Positions 60,785 through 64,000 of a DNA stretch of 64,000 nt are shown here, piece after piece. Both the position numbers and the translations under genes were made by a program. The first letter of the stretch is position 1. Each line of letters begins with the position of its first letter. The stretch lies in NCBI RefSeq assembly GCF_009914755.1, contig NC_060927.1; one strand, written 5' to 3'. Source of the DNA: the human T2T-CHM13v2.0 reference genome, Homo sapiens. The notes beneath the pieces were generated by a model. The model saw nothing but the letters and a program-made list of their open reading frames with translations, did not search any database and was not told the DNA's origin.

Positions 60785-61079
60785 CTTCTTTCTTTATTGT
60801 TGTCGTTCATTGTTTCTGTTTCCAGTTAGCAGATGGTTGCTAAGTATCTGCTAGTCAATAGGTTAGCACATCCCTAACTAATATTTACACGAGAGTCTAA
60901 GAATAATTAGTAGTTGATTAAAGAAAAACAAACCCTTTCCTTATGAAAATAAGCTTGTTGCATACCCAGAAAGCCCTGTTTAGACAAGTCAGTTTACCCT
61001 GAGACTTCTCAGACATTGAATATACTTGAAGGGAAATGAACTAGGCTAGAAGGTAACATCTTTGGTCATTTCTTCTTAG

Positions 61080-61160
61080 GCCCGTGTATTTAATGAAACT
61101 CCCATCAACCCTCGGAAATGTGCCCACATCCTCACCAAGATTCTTTATCTCATAAACCAG
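61080..61160 (+). CDS. COPG1: COPG1 exon 3 ([27 protein letters not shown])
   Basis: Pyrimidine tract plus TTAG acceptor; 81 nt; CAG|GTAACA donor; gamma-COP peptide. Confidence 0.97.
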
Positions 61161-61421
61161 GTAACAGGGTGAAGCTTGCGGGTAGGGAGAATGGTGCTGG
61201 GGGATTGGAGGGGAGTGGACAAATCATGATCACTCTTAGGCTATTGGACAGCCTCTGTGTGGCTGTAGACAACAGCTCAGCTCTGGGTCCCCTCAGCATC
61301 CAAGTCTCATATGTTGCCCTTGAGCCTCTTTAGGGTCTGGGGATCTGGTGTGGGCTGATCCTGAAAGAACTGCTGTCTGACCCTCTGTCCCAAGCTGAGA
61401 CTTCTTTCTTGATTAACACAG

Positions 61422-61493
61422 GGGGAGCACCTGGGGACCACGGAAGCGACCGAGGCCTTCTTTGCCATGACCAAGCTCTTTCAGTCCAATGAT
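61422..61493 (+). CDS. COPG1: COPG1 exon 4 ([24 protein letters not shown])
   Basis: ACACAG acceptor; 72 nt; GAT|GTAAGT donor. Confidence 0.97.
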
Positions 61494-61674
61494 GTAAGTG
61501 CCTCAACCCAGCTTTCCTTGAGAGGTGGCAGCTGTAACAAGGTGGTGGGAGGGCCAAAGAGAGCTGGCCCCACCAGTCAGTGTGGGCTGCCTTTGTGGAG
61601 ACAGGAGGTATCTTCTCCCAACTCTGGCCCTTGGTGAGCCCGGGCTGATAGGGCTTTTCCCACCTATCTCCCAG

Positions 61675-61754
61675 CCCACACTCCGTCGGATGTGCTACTT
61701 GACCATCAAGGAGATGTCTTGCATTGCAGAGGATGTCATCATTGTCACCAGCAG
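61675..61754 (+). CDS. COPG1: COPG1 exon 5 (PTLRRMCYLTIKEMSCIAEDVIIVTS, phase-2 end)
   Basis: CTCCCAG acceptor; 80 nt; ends at a second GC donor, CAG|GCAAGT. The AG+C junction with exon 6 gives Ser (VTSSLTKD). Confidence 0.95.
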
Positions 61755-62224
61755 GCAAGTCATGGGGTTGTGGGTGGCTCTTCTGATGGGTTCCATTGAC
61801 AGACCATTTTTTTCTTGTGTGTACCAGACAGTGAGACTTGGTTGCATATTGCCAGCTGCCCACCCCGTGGCAGCTTCCCTGTTACCACTGCCCACCCCAT
61901 GGCAGCCTCCAGGTGTGCTGTTTCTATTTTAATTCTCTGACCTTGACTTGGACACAAATGCTTCCTTTTCTTGATTTCTCTTAGTCAACCAAACCAGCTT
62001 AGAACTTTCCCAAAGACTTTCTTGAGTATAAAGAGAGAACACAAGAAAAATAAACAAGAGAGTACAAGCGGTATACTGCTTACTAAGTGACTGGTGTCTG
62101 CTTTAAGCTAAGCAATTCAGGGACAGATGTGACTAAAGTGTAATCACTGCCCTTAAGAACTGGGGCTCAGTTCTCTTATTTCTTCCTGCCACAGTTTAAG
62201 GTTGTGGGGGTCATACATTGATTT

Positions 62225-63410
<1,186 letters not shown>

Positions 63411-63466
63411 AGAGGAGTAAACAGGCCCAGGCTCTCTGCATGCTGACAATGCCTTCTTCCCTGCAG

Positions 63467-63542
63467 CCTAACAAAAGACATGACTGGGAAAGAAGACAAC
63501 TACCGGGGCCCGGCCGTGCGAGCCCTCTGCCAGATCACTGAT
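63467..63542 (+). CDS. COPG1: COPG1 exon 6 ([25 protein letters not shown])
   Basis: CCCTGCAG acceptor; 76 nt; GAT|GTGAGT donor. Confidence 0.97.
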
Positions 63543-63783
63543 GTGAGTCGTGCCGGTTCCTCCCTGCTTCCTGGCCTCTTGATTGAGGCCTCGGCATCAT
63601 CTTTTGCATTCTTTGGGGTGTCCCCTATCACTGAGCCAGGTGATGTGGGGTGGAGGCAGTGTGCAGGAGCACATGAGAAACGCTTACTTCCTCCTCATAC
63701 TCATCTCTGCCCCCATTCCTGCACTCCTGAGAGCTGCCAAGGACTGACTGGATCTCCTTCCACCCTGCTCCTTTTGCCCACAG

Positions 63784-63876
63784 AGCACCATGCTGCAGGC
63801 TATTGAGCGCTACATGAAACAAGCCATTGTGGACAAGGTGCCCAGTGTCTCCAGCTCTGCCCTCGTGTCTTCCTTG
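63784..63876 (+). CDS. COPG1: COPG1 exon 7 ([31 protein letters not shown]); gene continues beyond the window
   Basis: CCCACAG acceptor; 93 nt; TTG|GTGTGT donor. Exons 1-7 total 492 nt, i.e. 164 uninterrupted codons of the adaptin-N-like solenoid. Confidence 0.96.
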
Positions 63877-64000
63877 GTGTGTAGTTGCTGCTGGAGCCCT
63901 GCTGGGGGTGGGGTAGAAAATTGAAGAAAATTTAAGAGTCACATTCCAGTAGGAAAAAAGAAAGTGTTTCTTTCTTTCTTTTTTTTTTTTTGATTGAGAC

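Overview
This is primate (human-like) genomic DNA. About 58 kb of very Alu-dense intergenic sequence (roughly 80-90 Alu elements or fragments by eye, plus L1M, L2, MIR, MaLR, MER21, MLT2, Tigger3 and an LTR7/HERV-H solo LTR) is followed by the CpG-island promoter and first seven coding exons of COPG1 (coatomer gamma-1, + strand, 164 codons seen; the gene runs off the right end). The intergenic part also holds a decayed RPS27 processed pseudogene and a tRNA-Glu(TTC) pseudogene. In human, COPG1 lies at 3q21.3 near CNBP (recalled knowledge; CNBP is not visible here). Almost all ORFs in the supplied track are Alu read-throughs. I found no convincing undescribed biological system. The notable observations are: (1) two GC-AG introns with the same AG|GCAAGT donor in COPG1; (2) an Alu-bounded segment duplicated between ~41.5 kb and COPG1 intron 2, with an inverted template-switch scar; (3) serial reuse of one L1-endonuclease site by the RPS27 retrocopy and an Alu; (4) an in-frame GUG in strong Kozak context upstream of the COPG1 ATG; (5) inverted Alus bracketing exons 3-5; (6) a 122-bp Alu-Alu gene-conversion tract; (7) a CTCF-like motif pair. 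Repeat boundaries and subfamily calls are by eye and approximate.
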